A DNA stretch of 64,000 nucleotides, taken from IMG/VR virus record IMGVR_UViG_3300044797_000098, positions 124,001 to 188,000 of that record. One strand, written 5' to 3'. A model generated the notes under the pieces. The model had not been told where the DNA came from. It was given only the letters and a program-made list of their open reading frames with translations, and ran no database searches. The position numbers and the translations under genes were made by a program. Of this stretch, positions 10,207-21,484 are shown piece by piece (the stretch's first letter is position 1; each line of letters begins with the position of its first letter).

Positions 10207-12228
10207 TTATCTGATAGGACCAGCAGCAGGATCTTCAATTACTGGTCGTCCATTCAATACTATATTTGGGCTATCAAATTCAATAGACGCAGGGCTACGA
10301 AATAACATTTTTCTCGCATAACAGGTCATGCTACCAGGCGTAGTAATTGTTAGCCCATCATCATCTATTCTCAGTATTGTCATTTCCTTTTGAGAATTGA
10401 ATACACGAATATCCACAACACCGGCTACCCAGCCGGTATTTGAGTTTTGAAACCGTGTGGTTTCCGCTGGAACCGTATTACCTCCAACTTGTATTATGAC
10501 CTCACCATCCATATTTGCTGCAAGACTTATATTCCTTAAATCCCTACCAACATTTGCGACTATTCCACCCTGAGTATCTAACCATAATGATTGACGATCT
10601 ACCGTATTTGCACCAATATTAATTTCTACTGATCCATCGAAATTTAAACTACCACTTCTGCCACCAGCATTAGCATTTACACCATTAGTAATTATCTGCG
10701 TACTAATGATTGTTGGAATAGGTGGGACTTGTCCTGCTGCCAATGTTGTAGTCGTAACATATTCAACTGGGGTATAAAACGTATTAGTCTGTATGGTACT
10801 GCAAGTATCTGCAATATTATGATATACGGTTCCGTGTTGTATATATATCGGGTTATTTTTACCTGAAAACCTATCTATTGGCCCAAATGAATTACCAATA
10901 TCATCTAATAGAGATATTGCAGGATCATTAATAAATGATTCTGCTAATACATCTTTATATAATGAATTAAACACTAAATCATTAGTATTATTTGATTGAG
11001 GGTTAGGTGAAACTGTTGAATAATTTTCATATCTGATATTTAATGGTATATTGCCTGTTTCGCTGGATGCTGGTACATTTAGCTTGAATTGACCTTCTTT
11101 ATCAATATCAAAAAAGAATCTACTACGAGCACGAGCATAATTATCTTTATTATTTACATTTGGAGGACCAGAACCTTTTGTTTCTTTTCTTGCATTTATC
11201 TCAAAATGATATGCGAGACTTTTTCTCTCTTGCCTTTTTATTTGTTGATACGCATTTTTAAAAGTATCCTGTTCGCTTGCAGTGGATTTAATATTAAATG
11301 ATGATAGATTATTAACACCTAATGGAACTATATCTCTATTTAAATCTATCACATTTCCATATAAATCTACTACTGTTCCTTTTATTTCTTCTATTAAATA
11401 ATTTGGTGATGTTAAACTTAAACTCAATGCATCGGCTCGTCCAGCTCTCCTATCAGTTATGGTTGAGTAATTTGGAAAAACTCCTGTTTTATAGAACTCT
11501 AATTCAATATCATCAGAATATACATTGGCAGATTCTTCATATTCATATACAACTTCTCTTTTTTCTACTCTTGCAGGATTTCTTACAGCTGTTCCAGAAT
11601 TAAAAATCTTTGCATCTGCAATCGGATCCATTCCAATGGCAATTAATGTATCATCGTATGCTGTGTCAAACTCTCTTAAAAATGAAGGATAGTTGGTGGA
11701 TGGTTGTTTATCTCTATATATAATACCATTTATCTCTCTTGAACCTTGTCCTAAATAATAGGACTGATCAAAATTATTGAGATATACCTTTCTAGTTATA
11801 TCAAATGTCGCTGAGTTTTCTGTTTCACCTATAACAATAACATCATCATTAAGATTTATTGCAACATCATTATTTGATTGTATAGTTATTCCGCCTCTTG
11901 TTAAATCCGGTATGCTTATTTGTGTAGACGATTGTGTCAATCTTGCTACTGGGTCTCTTGCTAAAAATGCAACTATCGCATAATTACTTGTTCCTTCAAC
12001 TTGACTGACATAAACAGGCGTTCCTTCTGCTGGAAAACCACCAATAAATCCGCCACCAGCTGAAAGATATGGGATTGGTAATTGGGCTAATACATCTCTG
12101 GCTCCATCATTATTTAACTGTGAATCGGGCCTGAATGTAACATATGCTGACATCGTGCTAAGATCAATTTTCGTGATCGTAGCCAATCGTGTCATTCCAG
12201 ATGGTTTAAATATGGGTCCTTGTGCCAT
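10207..12228 (-). CDS. Baseplate central spike / gpV-gp5-like protein (673 aa)
   Basis: N-terminal OB-fold-like segment (ATITKID...GGFIGGFPAEGTPVYV) and C-terminal short beta-strand repeats; follows the hub gene. Confidence 0.6.
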   Translation of the reverse strand: MAQGPIFKPSGMTRLATITKIDLSTMSAYVTFRPDSQLNNDGARDVLAQLPIPYLSAGGGFIGGFPAEGTPVYVSQVEGTSNYAIVAFLARDPVARLTQSSTQISIPDLTRGGITIQSNNDVAINLNDDVIVIGETENSATFDITRKVYLNNFDQSYYLGQGSREINGIIYRDKQPSTNYPSFLREFDTAYDDTLIAIGMDPIADAKIFNSGTAVRNPARVEKREVVYEYEESANVYSDDIELEFYKTGVFPNYSTITDRRAGRADALSLSLTSPNYLIEEIKGTVVDLYGNVIDLNRDIVPLGVNNLSSFNIKSTASEQDTFKNAYQQIKRQERKSLAYHFEINARKETKGSGPPNVNNKDNYARARSRFFFDIDKEGQFKLNVPASSETGNIPLNIRYENYSTVSPNPQSNNTNDLVFNSLYKDVLAESFINDPAISLLDDIGNSFGPIDRFSGKNNPIYIQHGTVYHNIADTCSTIQTNTFYTPVEYVTTTTLAAGQVPPIPTIISTQIITNGVNANAGGRSGSLNFDGSVEINIGANTVDRQSLWLDTQGGIVANVGRDLRNISLAANMDGEVIIQVGGNTVPAETTRFQNSNTGWVAGVVDIRVFNSQKEMTILRIDDDGLTITTPGSMTCYARKMLFRSPASIEFDSPNIVLNGRPVIEDPAAGPIR

Positions 12229-15200
12229 TATGTTCCATCCGCTGGATTAGTGGAATCGGCCGGATTATTAAATACAATCCAGCAATCGACTATGTAACTA
12301 TATATTGCATTATCAATATCATACTGGTCTAATGTGGCATCTCCTGAACCTGATGAGTTTTTATTGGCTATATCTCTTCCATAATAAAATGCTTCTCGTG
12401 AGGGTGCTCTAAACTCACCGTCCTCGTAAGAATCTACTATTGTAACTTGTATTTGCTCTTTATACGCTGATAGTTTTTGAGGATTAGTCTGTAAACTACC
12501 AGTTGGCTGTGCATTGGTTGTTAAGTCGGTAGAACCAGTTAAATATCCAAGAACTTCATTTGCCAATTTGAGCGCGTAGGTATTCGGATCACTAAAATTA
12601 TCACTATTACTGTTAGAATATATTCGTAACTCTAAAACTGCCCCGTCTAAACTTAACGTTGAACCGCCATAATCTAAAAGACGCTGTAATCCCATTTTAT
12701 TTGATGATCCGTATATAGCATTAGTTATATCATCATCTATTGATGATGTATTGCTGGCCGAAACTATACCATTTACTGAATTACTAGTTGCGGTATTACC
12801 TACTATCGTAGCAACGTGCTCTTGATTAAATACGTTTCCTTGTCTTTTATGAGCTAGGTTTGTCGTATCTTTATTATTTTTATAGAACATCTTCCCTATA
12901 ACATCTAGGAAGGTTGGTATATATTCTCCAAGATTGTGACCGTGGGTCAATTCCAATGTTGTTGTAAATCCTTGTCCATATGTAAAATTATGTTGAACAC
13001 TATGCACGTAAAATAATAAATCAATATCTTCTAAATATAGCACTTCGCCTGGCTGTTGATATTCATTCCCAACAATAGTTAATGATGCTTTTAATATTTC
13101 TTTTCTTGCTTGATTAAGAACGGACACTGCGTATGGAGCACATTGAACCTCTGGATTAGTTAAATATGGAGCATCAATACCTTGTGGAACTGAGATACCA
13201 TACATTCTCCATAAATCATAATCTACTGCTGATACGCTATTAAAAGCATTACCGTATTGAAATAATTTTAAATCTTCTGATGCAATTCCGTTTTGATTAA
13301 TTAATTGTGCTGCCTGCCCACCAAATCTTCCAGTTACCTCTATTGAAGTATATTGTGGTCTATTTTCCGTGATAGAATAATTTATTATATCATTATTTTT
13401 TATTACATATCTATTACCCGATCCTGGACCATAATCATCATATGATTCATCTTCGATCATATACTCAAATGTTTTAGGTATATTTTTACTTCGACTCAAT
13501 GATGGATGTAATAATGCATTTCCAAGTGCCTGATTTCCAGGACCACCCGAACCGCTAACTAACGTTAATCCTTCTTGGAGACTTTTTAATGAATTGACTG
13601 CTGTTTTTATGGCAGTTTGTCTTTGAGATAGGCGTCCTGATATGCCATTAGCTATTTGCAATATGTCATTACTGCTAACGACAGATGGTTGTTGAGAACC
13701 ATTGGGGAATAACTGACTCAGATCGAACATCATACTTGTAGCACCTTGTAATCTTGTAACGATCATAGATTGTCTGGTTTGAGCCGAGGTATCACTTGCT
13801 ATTTGTGCTGCTGTTTGAAATTGTGTTGTATTATTTGTTGTATTTGACGGTAATACTGACTGAACGAACTCAGCCCTTGATGCAACATTGAATAAATTTA
13901 AATTAGTTTGCTGTTGAAGGTTATTAGTATCTAGACTGGCTGAGATAGCACTATTCATTGCATCTGGTTGCGACAAAACATTTAAAGAAACTGTATTTGT
14001 TATCTTGCCAGTTTGCTCATCAGATACAAATTGAAATCCGCCTATATTACCACTTACTCTTTGTATTCCAGCAAGTGTTCCTTGATCAAAACTGTTAATA
14101 AAACTTTCACAATCATCATCTGTTGCATATCCTAATGCTAAACAATATAACCTAATTTCATCTTCTAATGTTTCTATATTTTGATATGCAGCATCGAGCT
14201 GATCCAATGAAAGATCTTCTAAAAATTGGGGGAAAATCTGAATACCAAGATCGTCTTTTAATCTCAACATTTTGTAGAACACGGAACTTGGAACTCTATT
14301 ATACCTTGGACTTCTTGCTTCTATGTGCCCTTGTGTATTAACAAATAGCTCAAAACCAGCTATTACATTTTTTATATTTTCTATTTTTGTAGCAACAGTC
14401 ATATAGTCGCTTTTAAATGTTTCTGGATTTACGAACTCTGTTATGAATGCTTGGATATCATAATCTTTATCATATGTATCATCAACAATGAAAAAATTAA
14501 TATCCTCATTAGCCCTAACCTTCCACGCTATCCTCCTTGTTAGAAATGCTAATCTGCGTCGTAAATCTCTTCTTGATGAATCATCTAACCTTGTTGAAGA
14601 ACCAGAATTTAAATTTGAATTATCATAATCAAAAGAAATATCATTACCAAGTAATGAAACAGGAGGATTACCTGCCTGATTTAATGTTTGACTAATATCA
14701 TTTATTTTTTTCTGTATTAATGTATCTAATTGTTGTAGATTTTGTTGTAATAACTTATCATTACTATTACCTTTTGTGGCAAGGTCTTGAGCATTGGTTA
14801 TACCAAATACTGACAATTTATCAGCGAAATCTGCCCGTTGTTTTAATAGTGATTGCAAATCTGCATCGTATGACGTGGCATTAATTTGATTATTTAATAC
14901 CTTGGAAAATGTTGTTTCATCCACAGTTAATTGTTTAAAAGGTATAAAATTACCATAGATAGCGTTTCTCTCTTTTAATTGTTGAGTTAATCCTCGTAGG
15001 AATGAACCGCTCGAATCTCTATTAGTTCCACTATCTTTCTTGAAACTGCCATCAATCATCAATGCAGCTTTATAGAAAGTGGTAAAATTATATGGCTGAC
15101 CAGAAATCAATAATGATATAACATTCATTATATCTTGACCAGCGAATGGATCACTGATTATCGCCGGAGCATAACTACCAGGAGGACTTGGCTGATATGT

Positions 15201-17153
15201 ATCACCAAATAACGCTAATGTTGCAATACCTTCTTTCCATCTATATACCATTCCATCTGGATCGTAAAATACTCTTCTAACTGAATTATTTTTTACTCTA
15301 TCTGCATCCTGTTGCAAGAAATTAGTTTCAGTTGAAACTGTGCCAGCAAATAACCCATTTTTATCTTTCACGAACTCTGAATTAAATAACTGTTTATTTT
15401 CATCTAAAAGCTCTAATTGATTATCTTGAACACCCGTTACTGTATCAAACTCTAATTTAAACGGCGTCATAGGATCAAATAATGAACCATTGAATACTTC
15501 AACGGATGGTTTAAAATTAACGACACCGTATTTAAAATATCCAGCGTTATCTGAACCACTAACAGAAACGGTATATTTTCTATCGCTATAACTTGATGCT
15601 GCGCTTTCTACAATACCAGCAAAAACATGAGTTCCGTCTTTGTCTGAAACTATTTGGCCTCTCATTATTTGCCACAGCCAATTTGGAAAATCATTACCAA
15701 CAAATACAGATTTTTCTAATGAATAATTTTCATTTATAGCAAAAGTATCTTTAATATCATTTGTTAAATTATTTAATCCTTGTAAAAATCCCAACCCAGA
15801 AAATGAACTTTGTAGCCCGCCGAGAATCTTGTTATCTATTTTCTTTTTTGAATTCATATAAATATGAACAGTATCCATTGGTTGGATTACAAGTTTTCCG
15901 GCATAATTTAATCTCATTTTTTTTCGTATGAGATTAAGATTTTTCTTTTGATCTTGATTATTTGCTATTGCATTTCTTCGCGTATTTGCTGTCATTGTTA
16001 ATTGTGAATATAGCGCATTTATTATAGTACCAAATAATACTACTTCAGTTAAACCTAACCCATCATTACCAACAGCATCACTTCCTTGTAAAGCAGAAGG
16101 ATCTATAGTTAAAGTACTTACATCATAATTAATCTCAAAACCAAGATTATCTATAACCGCTTGAACTATTTTTCCTGAATATGCGTTTGTACTAACAAAA
16201 AAATTAATAGGATCGGCTCCTCGTAATTGTCTTAACATATTTAATTGTTGTTTTTGTAACGTAATAGTTTGGTCTAATGATGTAACTCCAAATTGTGAAA
16301 ATGAATTGGAATAAAACTTATTTGTTGCATCATTAATTGCTTGTTCAATATCTAAATTAGTAATCCTCATAATTTTATATGGATCATTAAAGTTTAATGT
16401 AAATGTTCCTCCCGCAAAATCTAATTTTGTAGTGGTAGTAATTTGGGTTACATTGGTAAATTCAATTACACCGGTTCCTTGGCTAAAACTGGAACGAAAA
16501 GTATCTGGAATACCAGCAATCCACGATGTGTATGGAGTATCCTGTGATAGTGCATATATCTCTTTGACGCGATCTATGATATTTGTAAATTTGGATAGAG
16601 CACCCGTCACCGAATCTTGTACGCTATCTGCACCATATGCAGCAAGAGTTGCGGAAGGAGTTTGAGCTATGTTGTCTGTTAGTGAAAAAATTATAGGCAA
16701 TAAGTGGTAATCTACTCTACCTATATCTGATGATACCTGTGCTATTTTACATAATTTTTCATATGACGATATTTGTGTGCATTTATTTTGAAATAAAACT
16801 TTTGTTGCTCTATAAAATAATTGTTCGTGAGCATCCATATAGTCTGGCCTATAGTTTTCCGCGAGTGATGAAAACATGCGTTTTTTCACTAATACCGTAG
16901 CATTTGGATCTTGCATAGATATATTTAATTGCTTTGGTGTATAGTTATTATAGTCTATGCGTTGAGCACCTTCTTCAGTATATGATCTTTCAGCGGTTTG
17001 ATCTGACTGATTGGCAAATGCACTCAAATTACTATATTGATTAGTATAACCATATTGAGCAATATCTAGTGATTTATTTTTTGAATCACCAGTACTAAAT
17101 TGACTATCTAGTATATTGCCTAAATTACTTAAAAAATCATTAGGGTTTGCCAC
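12228..17153 (-). CDS. Baseplate hub protein (gp27/gpD-like), extended (1641 aa)
   Basis: VFAGIVESA...YTVSVSGSD and C-terminal ASLTIVGNEYQQPGEVLYL...FYVHSVQHNFTYGQGFTTTLELTHG are typical hub signatures; position after the tube initiator. Confidence 0.75.
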   Translation of the reverse strand: MANPNDFLSNLGNILDSQFSTGDSKNKSLDIAQYGYTNQYSNLSAFANQSDQTAERSYTEEGAQRIDYNNYTPKQLNISMQDPNATVLVKKRMFSSLAENYRPDYMDAHEQLFYRATKVLFQNKCTQISSYEKLCKIAQVSSDIGRVDYHLLPIIFSLTDNIAQTPSATLAAYGADSVQDSVTGALSKFTNIIDRVKEIYALSQDTPYTSWIAGIPDTFRSSFSQGTGVIEFTNVTQITTTTKLDFAGGTFTLNFNDPYKIMRITNLDIEQAINDATNKFYSNSFSQFGVTSLDQTITLQKQQLNMLRQLRGADPINFFVSTNAYSGKIVQAVIDNLGFEINYDVSTLTIDPSALQGSDAVGNDGLGLTEVVLFGTIINALYSQLTMTANTRRNAIANNQDQKKNLNLIRKKMRLNYAGKLVIQPMDTVHIYMNSKKKIDNKILGGLQSSFSGLGFLQGLNNLTNDIKDTFAINENYSLEKSVFVGNDFPNWLWQIMRGQIVSDKDGTHVFAGIVESAASSYSDRKYTVSVSGSDNAGYFKYGVVNFKPSVEVFNGSLFDPMTPFKLEFDTVTGVQDNQLELLDENKQLFNSEFVKDKNGLFAGTVSTETNFLQQDADRVKNNSVRRVFYDPDGMVYRWKEGIATLALFGDTYQPSPPGSYAPAIISDPFAGQDIMNVISLLISGQPYNFTTFYKAALMIDGSFKKDSGTNRDSSGSFLRGLTQQLKERNAIYGNFIPFKQLTVDETTFSKVLNNQINATSYDADLQSLLKQRADFADKLSVFGITNAQDLATKGNSNDKLLQQNLQQLDTLIQKKINDISQTLNQAGNPPVSLLGNDISFDYDNSNLNSGSSTRLDDSSRRDLRRRLAFLTRRIAWKVRANEDINFFIVDDTYDKDYDIQAFITEFVNPETFKSDYMTVATKIENIKNVIAGFELFVNTQGHIEARSPRYNRVPSSVFYKMLRLKDDLGIQIFPQFLEDLSLDQLDAAYQNIETLEDEIRLYCLALGYATDDDCESFINSFDQGTLAGIQRVSGNIGGFQFVSDEQTGKITNTVSLNVLSQPDAMNSAISASLDTNNLQQQTNLNLFNVASRAEFVQSVLPSNTTNNTTQFQTAAQIASDTSAQTRQSMIVTRLQGATSMMFDLSQLFPNGSQQPSVVSSNDILQIANGISGRLSQRQTAIKTAVNSLKSLQEGLTLVSGSGGPGNQALGNALLHPSLSRSKNIPKTFEYMIEDESYDDYGPGSGNRYVIKNNDIINYSITENRPQYTSIEVTGRFGGQAAQLINQNGIASEDLKLFQYGNAFNSVSAVDYDLWRMYGISVPQGIDAPYLTNPEVQCAPYAVSVLNQARKEILKASLTIVGNEYQQPGEVLYLEDIDLLFYVHSVQHNFTYGQGFTTTLELTHGHNLGEYIPTFLDVIGKMFYKNNKDTTNLAHKRQGNVFNQEHVATIVGNTATSNSVNGIVSASNTSSIDDDITNAIYGSSNKMGLQRLLDYGGSTLSLDGAVLELRIYSNSNSDNFSDPNTYALKLANEVLGYLTGSTDLTTNAQPTGSLQTNPQKLSAYKEQIQVTIVDSYEDGEFRAPSREAFYYGRDIANKNSSGSGDATLDQYDIDNAIYSYIVDCWIVFNNPADSTNPADGT

Positions 17154-17170
17154 TTATATTTCCTCTTACA

Positions 17171-18058
17171 CTATAATATATCATTGACTGCATTAATGAT
17201 ACTATTAAAACTATTTGCAGTCTGTAAATCGCTAAAACTCAATGGAACAGCATCAGAGTTTGATGGACCAGAATTAGCAGATCGTTGCCACGCGAGAGAA
17301 TTAGTCCGATAGCCTCGTCTTTGTGTTACCATAAATGCTATATTGTAGGTAAATAACCCAAGTTTATCAACGCTTTCATTTACTGTCATACTGGTAAAAA
17401 ACCCGCGAAACACCCAACCTGTGTAATAAAATTCTATTCCTAATGCTAATGAAGCTAATGAAGGAACATTTTGTGGTAATATATTTTGACTTGCCGGATC
17501 TAATGCCATAACCCCAAGTGATCCGCCTGTTAATGAACTATTAAATCCACCAAGGTTTCCTAATACAGAATCCACTGAACTATTTAATCCTGTTATTGAG
17601 CTATCAGAAGCCATTGTGAGCGCAATCGGGTCAAAAAGATATTGCTCTGCCCTATATATTTCATATAATACATTCAATCCTTCAACACCAGAACTACCGG
17701 TATGTCCTTGTAATGTTAATGTTGGTAATTCCTCTCCCCAATACTGTATATTGTATCCGCCCTTTGTTCTTTCTGTATTGATTACCTTTTTATATCCATA
17801 GTCTATATTTTGAGGGTTTATATACATATTAATAACACCGACTTCTGGAACGAACCAGTGTCCTATATTCCTTCGTGGCACCGCTTGTAATAATGCTGGT
17901 ACTTGGCTTGAAGGTAATCCATTTCCATCTGCACTTGATATAATAGAAGCGATAGAGCCAATTTGCTGAAGGGTCTTGCTTGCACCATTCAATGCTTGAT
18001 TTAAATTGGTAGTACCAATTACTGTATTAGTTGGTGGTGCCTGATTTAGAAATGCCAT
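17171..18058 (-). CDS. Tail tube initiator / distal tube-like protein (295 aa)
   Basis: MYINPQNIDY...ERTKGGYNIQYWGEELPTLTLQGHTG and FRGFFTSMTVNES; between tape measure and hub. Confidence 0.7.
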   Translation of the reverse strand: MAFLNQAPPTNTVIGTTNLNQALNGASKTLQQIGSIASIISSADGNGLPSSQVPALLQAVPRRNIGHWFVPEVGVINMYINPQNIDYGYKKVINTERTKGGYNIQYWGEELPTLTLQGHTGSSGVEGLNVLYEIYRAEQYLFDPIALTMASDSSITGLNSSVDSVLGNLGGFNSSLTGGSLGVMALDPASQNILPQNVPSLASLALGIEFYYTGWVFRGFFTSMTVNESVDKLGLFTYNIAFMVTQRRGYRTNSLAWQRSANSGPSNSDAVPLSFSDLQTANSFNSIINAVNDIL

Positions 18059-20418
18059 TATTGTATTCTCCCTGGGTAAGCACCTGCAACGGTTCCATTA
18101 ATGATTTCTATACTACTTGGTACTGATTTTGTATGCACTCCAAATCCTGGTGGAGCCGTGATTTCTAATACTACTTTTTGTGGGGGATGTTGTTTCATTT
18201 CTACTTGTGTCTTTAATGCCTCTTTGTTAGTTGTAGTAACTGCTGCTGGTCTTTGTTGATTAATGCCTGTATGCAATGCTGTTTTTAGGATATTGTGTTT
18301 ATCCTCCATCTCTTTTTGCATTCTTGCTCGCTGAGTTGCTAATTCTGGGGAACTACTGGCTTCTGCAAGAGTTGGCATTCTAGCTTGTGTAGTGGCAGGA
18401 CCTGTATATGCCCCTGTTATTGTTTCCGTTGCAACTTTGAGGACATTTTGTGATGGTCTATCTGGTTGTCTCAATGTTCTTCTTGCTGGTGGAGTTATGG
18501 TATTATCCATTACTTTTTGTTCAGGAGTTTCTGATACCATTCCTAATGCACCTTTAAAATCATGTATAGTATCAACTACACCGCTAGCTAATTCTTTAAA
18601 ACCTTCCTTTGCTCCATTACTAGTACCAACAACAGCGTCAATCATTTGTGACATCATCTGTCTTGCTGATAGAACTTCTTCTTTTTGGTAGGCTTCTTTA
18701 TTTGTTGCAGTTTTTTCACCTTTGGTATAAATCTCCCCAAATGCTTCGTTTTTTTTCATTGTTTCGGTTATAGCAGCTTTATTGCCTCCTGTGGTGCCAA
18801 ATAATTGTTTCATTGTAAGACCGGCTGTAATTTCAGCTGCTATTGCCATTCGTTGTGTTTGGATAGCAATTTGTTTTAATTCAGTATTATTTCTTTCTTG
18901 AATTTTTTCACCTCGTGTTGCAACCTCATTTACTGCATTTTGACCAGTTTTTAATTCTTTGGTAACGGCTCCGAAATCTCTTTTGCCTAATGCTTCTAAT
19001 AATTTTGTAGCCTGATCATCGGAAGCTCCCGCCCCAATACCAAAAGCTCCGCTCTTTAAAAGAGATCGTTGTCTCATAAATTGAGCTGCTGCTTCGGGGC
19101 TTGATGCTGCTTCTTGCTGCGTATATATTCTACCGCCGAATTGTTGTCGAAGGCTTCTTTCTGCCATTTGAGCTACTTGATCTAATTTACCTTGACGCAA
19201 CAACTGATCAATCTGAAACGATCCTTGTAATCCACCTGGACCACCAGATCGTAATGATAGAAATGCTTTAGCTCCAACTGTCATTTCACTTATTGATTTA
19301 ACCATACCATCAACAATATCCATCGAAGCTTTACCAGTTAATCCTGTTTCTCGTAATGCGTCAGTGTATCTTGCAAGAACTTTTGCTGCACCGTCAGAAT
19401 TATCTCCAACAAATTTAAATCTTTCAGCAATACCACTCATAACTTGATCTACATCTTTAAATTGTAAACCTAATGTATTAGCAACACTAGATATATCTGC
19501 TAAGAACTCTGCACCTTTCTGTGCTTGATCCGTTACTCGTCCAACTGAGTTTCCAAGATTGTCATATGCATCAGCTAATGCTTTGGTTACAACCGTTTCA
19601 CTTTGTCCTGTACCGGTCATTAGTTTCATTGTATTAAGCAATACATTTGTTGATCTATTAGCTCCATCACCAGAACTAATTGTCTGATCTAGATATCCAG
19701 GAAGTTGTTTCAATGCATTCGAAAATTGCATTGTTACTGGAATGCCTAATCCTGTTGCACTTGCAATAGCGCCTAATTGATTCGTATAGTTTTTTGTCTT
19801 TGCTGCTAAATCAACTAATCTTCCTTCTGAACCCTCAAATAAATCATTCATACTTCCACTGGCAGACATTAATGATATATATGAGTTTTCTAAAACCTCT
19901 GCTTGTCCTGCATTAGTAATAAATGCACTACCCATGCCCTCTATAATTTTTGCCGTACGCTCCATACCAAGATCACCAAGTATTTTGGTTAGACCGGAGA
20001 TATCACCAGACAACACGTTTATTGCAGCGCCACCTTTATCTGTTCCTTCGAACATCTTATCCCATTTCATCACAGCGCCCATTTTAGAAAAATCTACCAA
20101 TAATTTATCGACGCTTTTTGATACACTACCAATAGAATTACTACCAGTCATACCAACATCACTTAAATTATCACCAAAACTTTTAGCATGATCAATTAGT
20201 TTTGAAAAACCATCTTTGAGTCCGTTAGTAATTTTGTGAAACTCTTGAAATGAGTTACTAGCATCGCCACCAAGGGAGTTTAGTATGACCTTGCCTAATT
20301 CAGGCATTTTTACAATAAGATTCTCTATATTAGATAGAAATCCACCGGACGAACCAGCAAAACTGTCCATTGTTGTTTGTGCCCCCGTTATGCCAGCATC
20401 TGTTGGTGTATCAACCAT
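18058..20418 (-). CDS. Tape measure protein (786 aa)
   Basis: Ala/Gly/Lys/Met-rich, predicted helical; directly after the chaperone pair and before the tube initiator. Confidence 0.7.
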   Translation of the reverse strand: MVDTPTDAGITGAQTTMDSFAGSSGGFLSNIENLIVKMPELGKVILNSLGGDASNSFQEFHKITNGLKDGFSKLIDHAKSFGDNLSDVGMTGSNSIGSVSKSVDKLLVDFSKMGAVMKWDKMFEGTDKGGAAINVLSGDISGLTKILGDLGMERTAKIIEGMGSAFITNAGQAEVLENSYISLMSASGSMNDLFEGSEGRLVDLAAKTKNYTNQLGAIASATGLGIPVTMQFSNALKQLPGYLDQTISSGDGANRSTNVLLNTMKLMTGTGQSETVVTKALADAYDNLGNSVGRVTDQAQKGAEFLADISSVANTLGLQFKDVDQVMSGIAERFKFVGDNSDGAAKVLARYTDALRETGLTGKASMDIVDGMVKSISEMTVGAKAFLSLRSGGPGGLQGSFQIDQLLRQGKLDQVAQMAERSLRQQFGGRIYTQQEAASSPEAAAQFMRQRSLLKSGAFGIGAGASDDQATKLLEALGKRDFGAVTKELKTGQNAVNEVATRGEKIQERNNTELKQIAIQTQRMAIAAEITAGLTMKQLFGTTGGNKAAITETMKKNEAFGEIYTKGEKTATNKEAYQKEEVLSARQMMSQMIDAVVGTSNGAKEGFKELASGVVDTIHDFKGALGMVSETPEQKVMDNTITPPARRTLRQPDRPSQNVLKVATETITGAYTGPATTQARMPTLAEASSSPELATQRARMQKEMEDKHNILKTALHTGINQQRPAAVTTTNKEALKTQVEMKQHPPQKVVLEITAPPGFGVHTKSVPSSIEIINGTVAGAYPGRIQ

Positions 20419-20424
20419 CTAAAA

Positions 20425-20787
20425 TTATCCTTTTATTTTTCTCTTGCGTTTTCTCGTTTTTTTATTTTTTTCTTCATCGAGCTTTTTATTCATTTCCATA
20501 ATTTTTCTTGATGTCTCTTCGAACTCTTCATCACTAGATGTGATCTCATTCGATCCTATCCCAAGCATTTTTTGAACTAATTCGGGATTAGTGAATGAAC
20601 CGATTAAATATCCTTGATTTTCCAGTAATTTATTTTCATCGTTGTAATCCTCTATCCAATTATAGAACATCCAAGCTCTCATAATTGGATCCATATTCTC
20701 TAATTCAGGATCATCCGGGAAACAGCCACGCATTTTACATAAGAACCAAATAAATCTATGGTCTGATTCCCTGACTATTTTTTTAAA
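20425..20787 (-). CDS. Tail assembly chaperone, frameshift extension (gpT-like; ORF track gives 20425..20733)
   Basis: The -1 frame is open from the slippery site through IVRESDHRFIWFLCK into MRGCFPDDPE...; no clear SD before the internal ATG. Confidence 0.75.
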   Translation of the reverse strand, partial: FKKIVRESDHRFIWFLCKMRGCFPDDPELENMDPIMRAWMFYNWIEDYNDENKLLENQGYLIGSFTNPELVQKMLGIGSNEITSSDEEFEETSRKIMEMNKKLDEEKNKKTRKRKRKIKG

Positions 20788-21437
20788 TCCGCTGATACCT
20801 CCTCAACTGCTTTTGGTGTTGTCATTCCATATTTGGTTCGAGCTTCCTCTTTCATTGCAGCAAGCTCATCCCATAATCGTCCAACTATAACTTCTTCTAA
20901 TGAATCTATCAATGCAAGTTTTGATTCATCTGTATTATCACCGAGAACCATATTTATATCTTCCCCGTCTATTTTGTAGATGGAACGAATTAATTGTTGC
21001 TTTCTTGATTCTAATGCAGCTTCATAATCATTTTTTACATTTTCTAATGTAGCCATACCGGCTTCACGAGATTCTTGCGATTTTAGCGTTCGTAAAGAAA
21101 ATACTGTATCACCAATTTGTACATCACGTGTTAACCTACCTATACCTGATAGCAACTCTATCCTGCGTTTGCCATGATCGGTAATTCTTGCTCCGTGTTT
21201 CAAAACGTCATTTTTTTCTTCACGAGCAGCTTTCATTCTTGCTTCAAATTCTGCTGGCGAGATTTTTTGTTGAACCGGTTGTTGAGCAGCTTGTTGTCTA
21301 AGAACAGCTGGATTTACAATTTCGTCGTCACCATCTTCTGGTAATCCAACATTGAATTCACGTAAAGGTTGTTGTTGCGGTTGTGGTTTTGGTTGAGTTA
21401 ATTTTTTGTTAAAATTTGGTGAATTAAAATCTGGCAT
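20775..21437 (-). CDS. Tail assembly chaperone (gpG-like, 220 aa)
   Basis: Between tail tube and tape measure; VFSLRTLK motif; ends DLKK-TAG on a slippery run; SD AGGAG. Confidence 0.75.
   Translation of the reverse strand: MPDFNSPNFNKKLTQPKPQPQQQPLREFNVGLPEDGDDEIVNPAVLRQQAAQQPVQQKISPAEFEARMKAAREEKNDVLKHGARITDHGKRRIELLSGIGRLTRDVQIGDTVFSLRTLKSQESREAGMATLENVKNDYEAALESRKQQLIRSIYKIDGEDINMVLGDNTDESKLALIDSLEEVIVGRLWDELAAMKEEARTKYGMTTPKAVEEVSADLKK
20778..20787 (-). other. Programmed -1 ribosomal frameshift site (T TTA AAA / A AAA AAA)
   Basis: Minus strand GAT TTA AAA AAA TAG; -1 slip gives AAA ATA GTC AGG..., in frame with the downstream ORF. Confidence 0.8.
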
Positions 21438-21484
21438 AATGGCTTTCTCCTATTAATATGTGGTTTTATTAGAATACGGAATAT

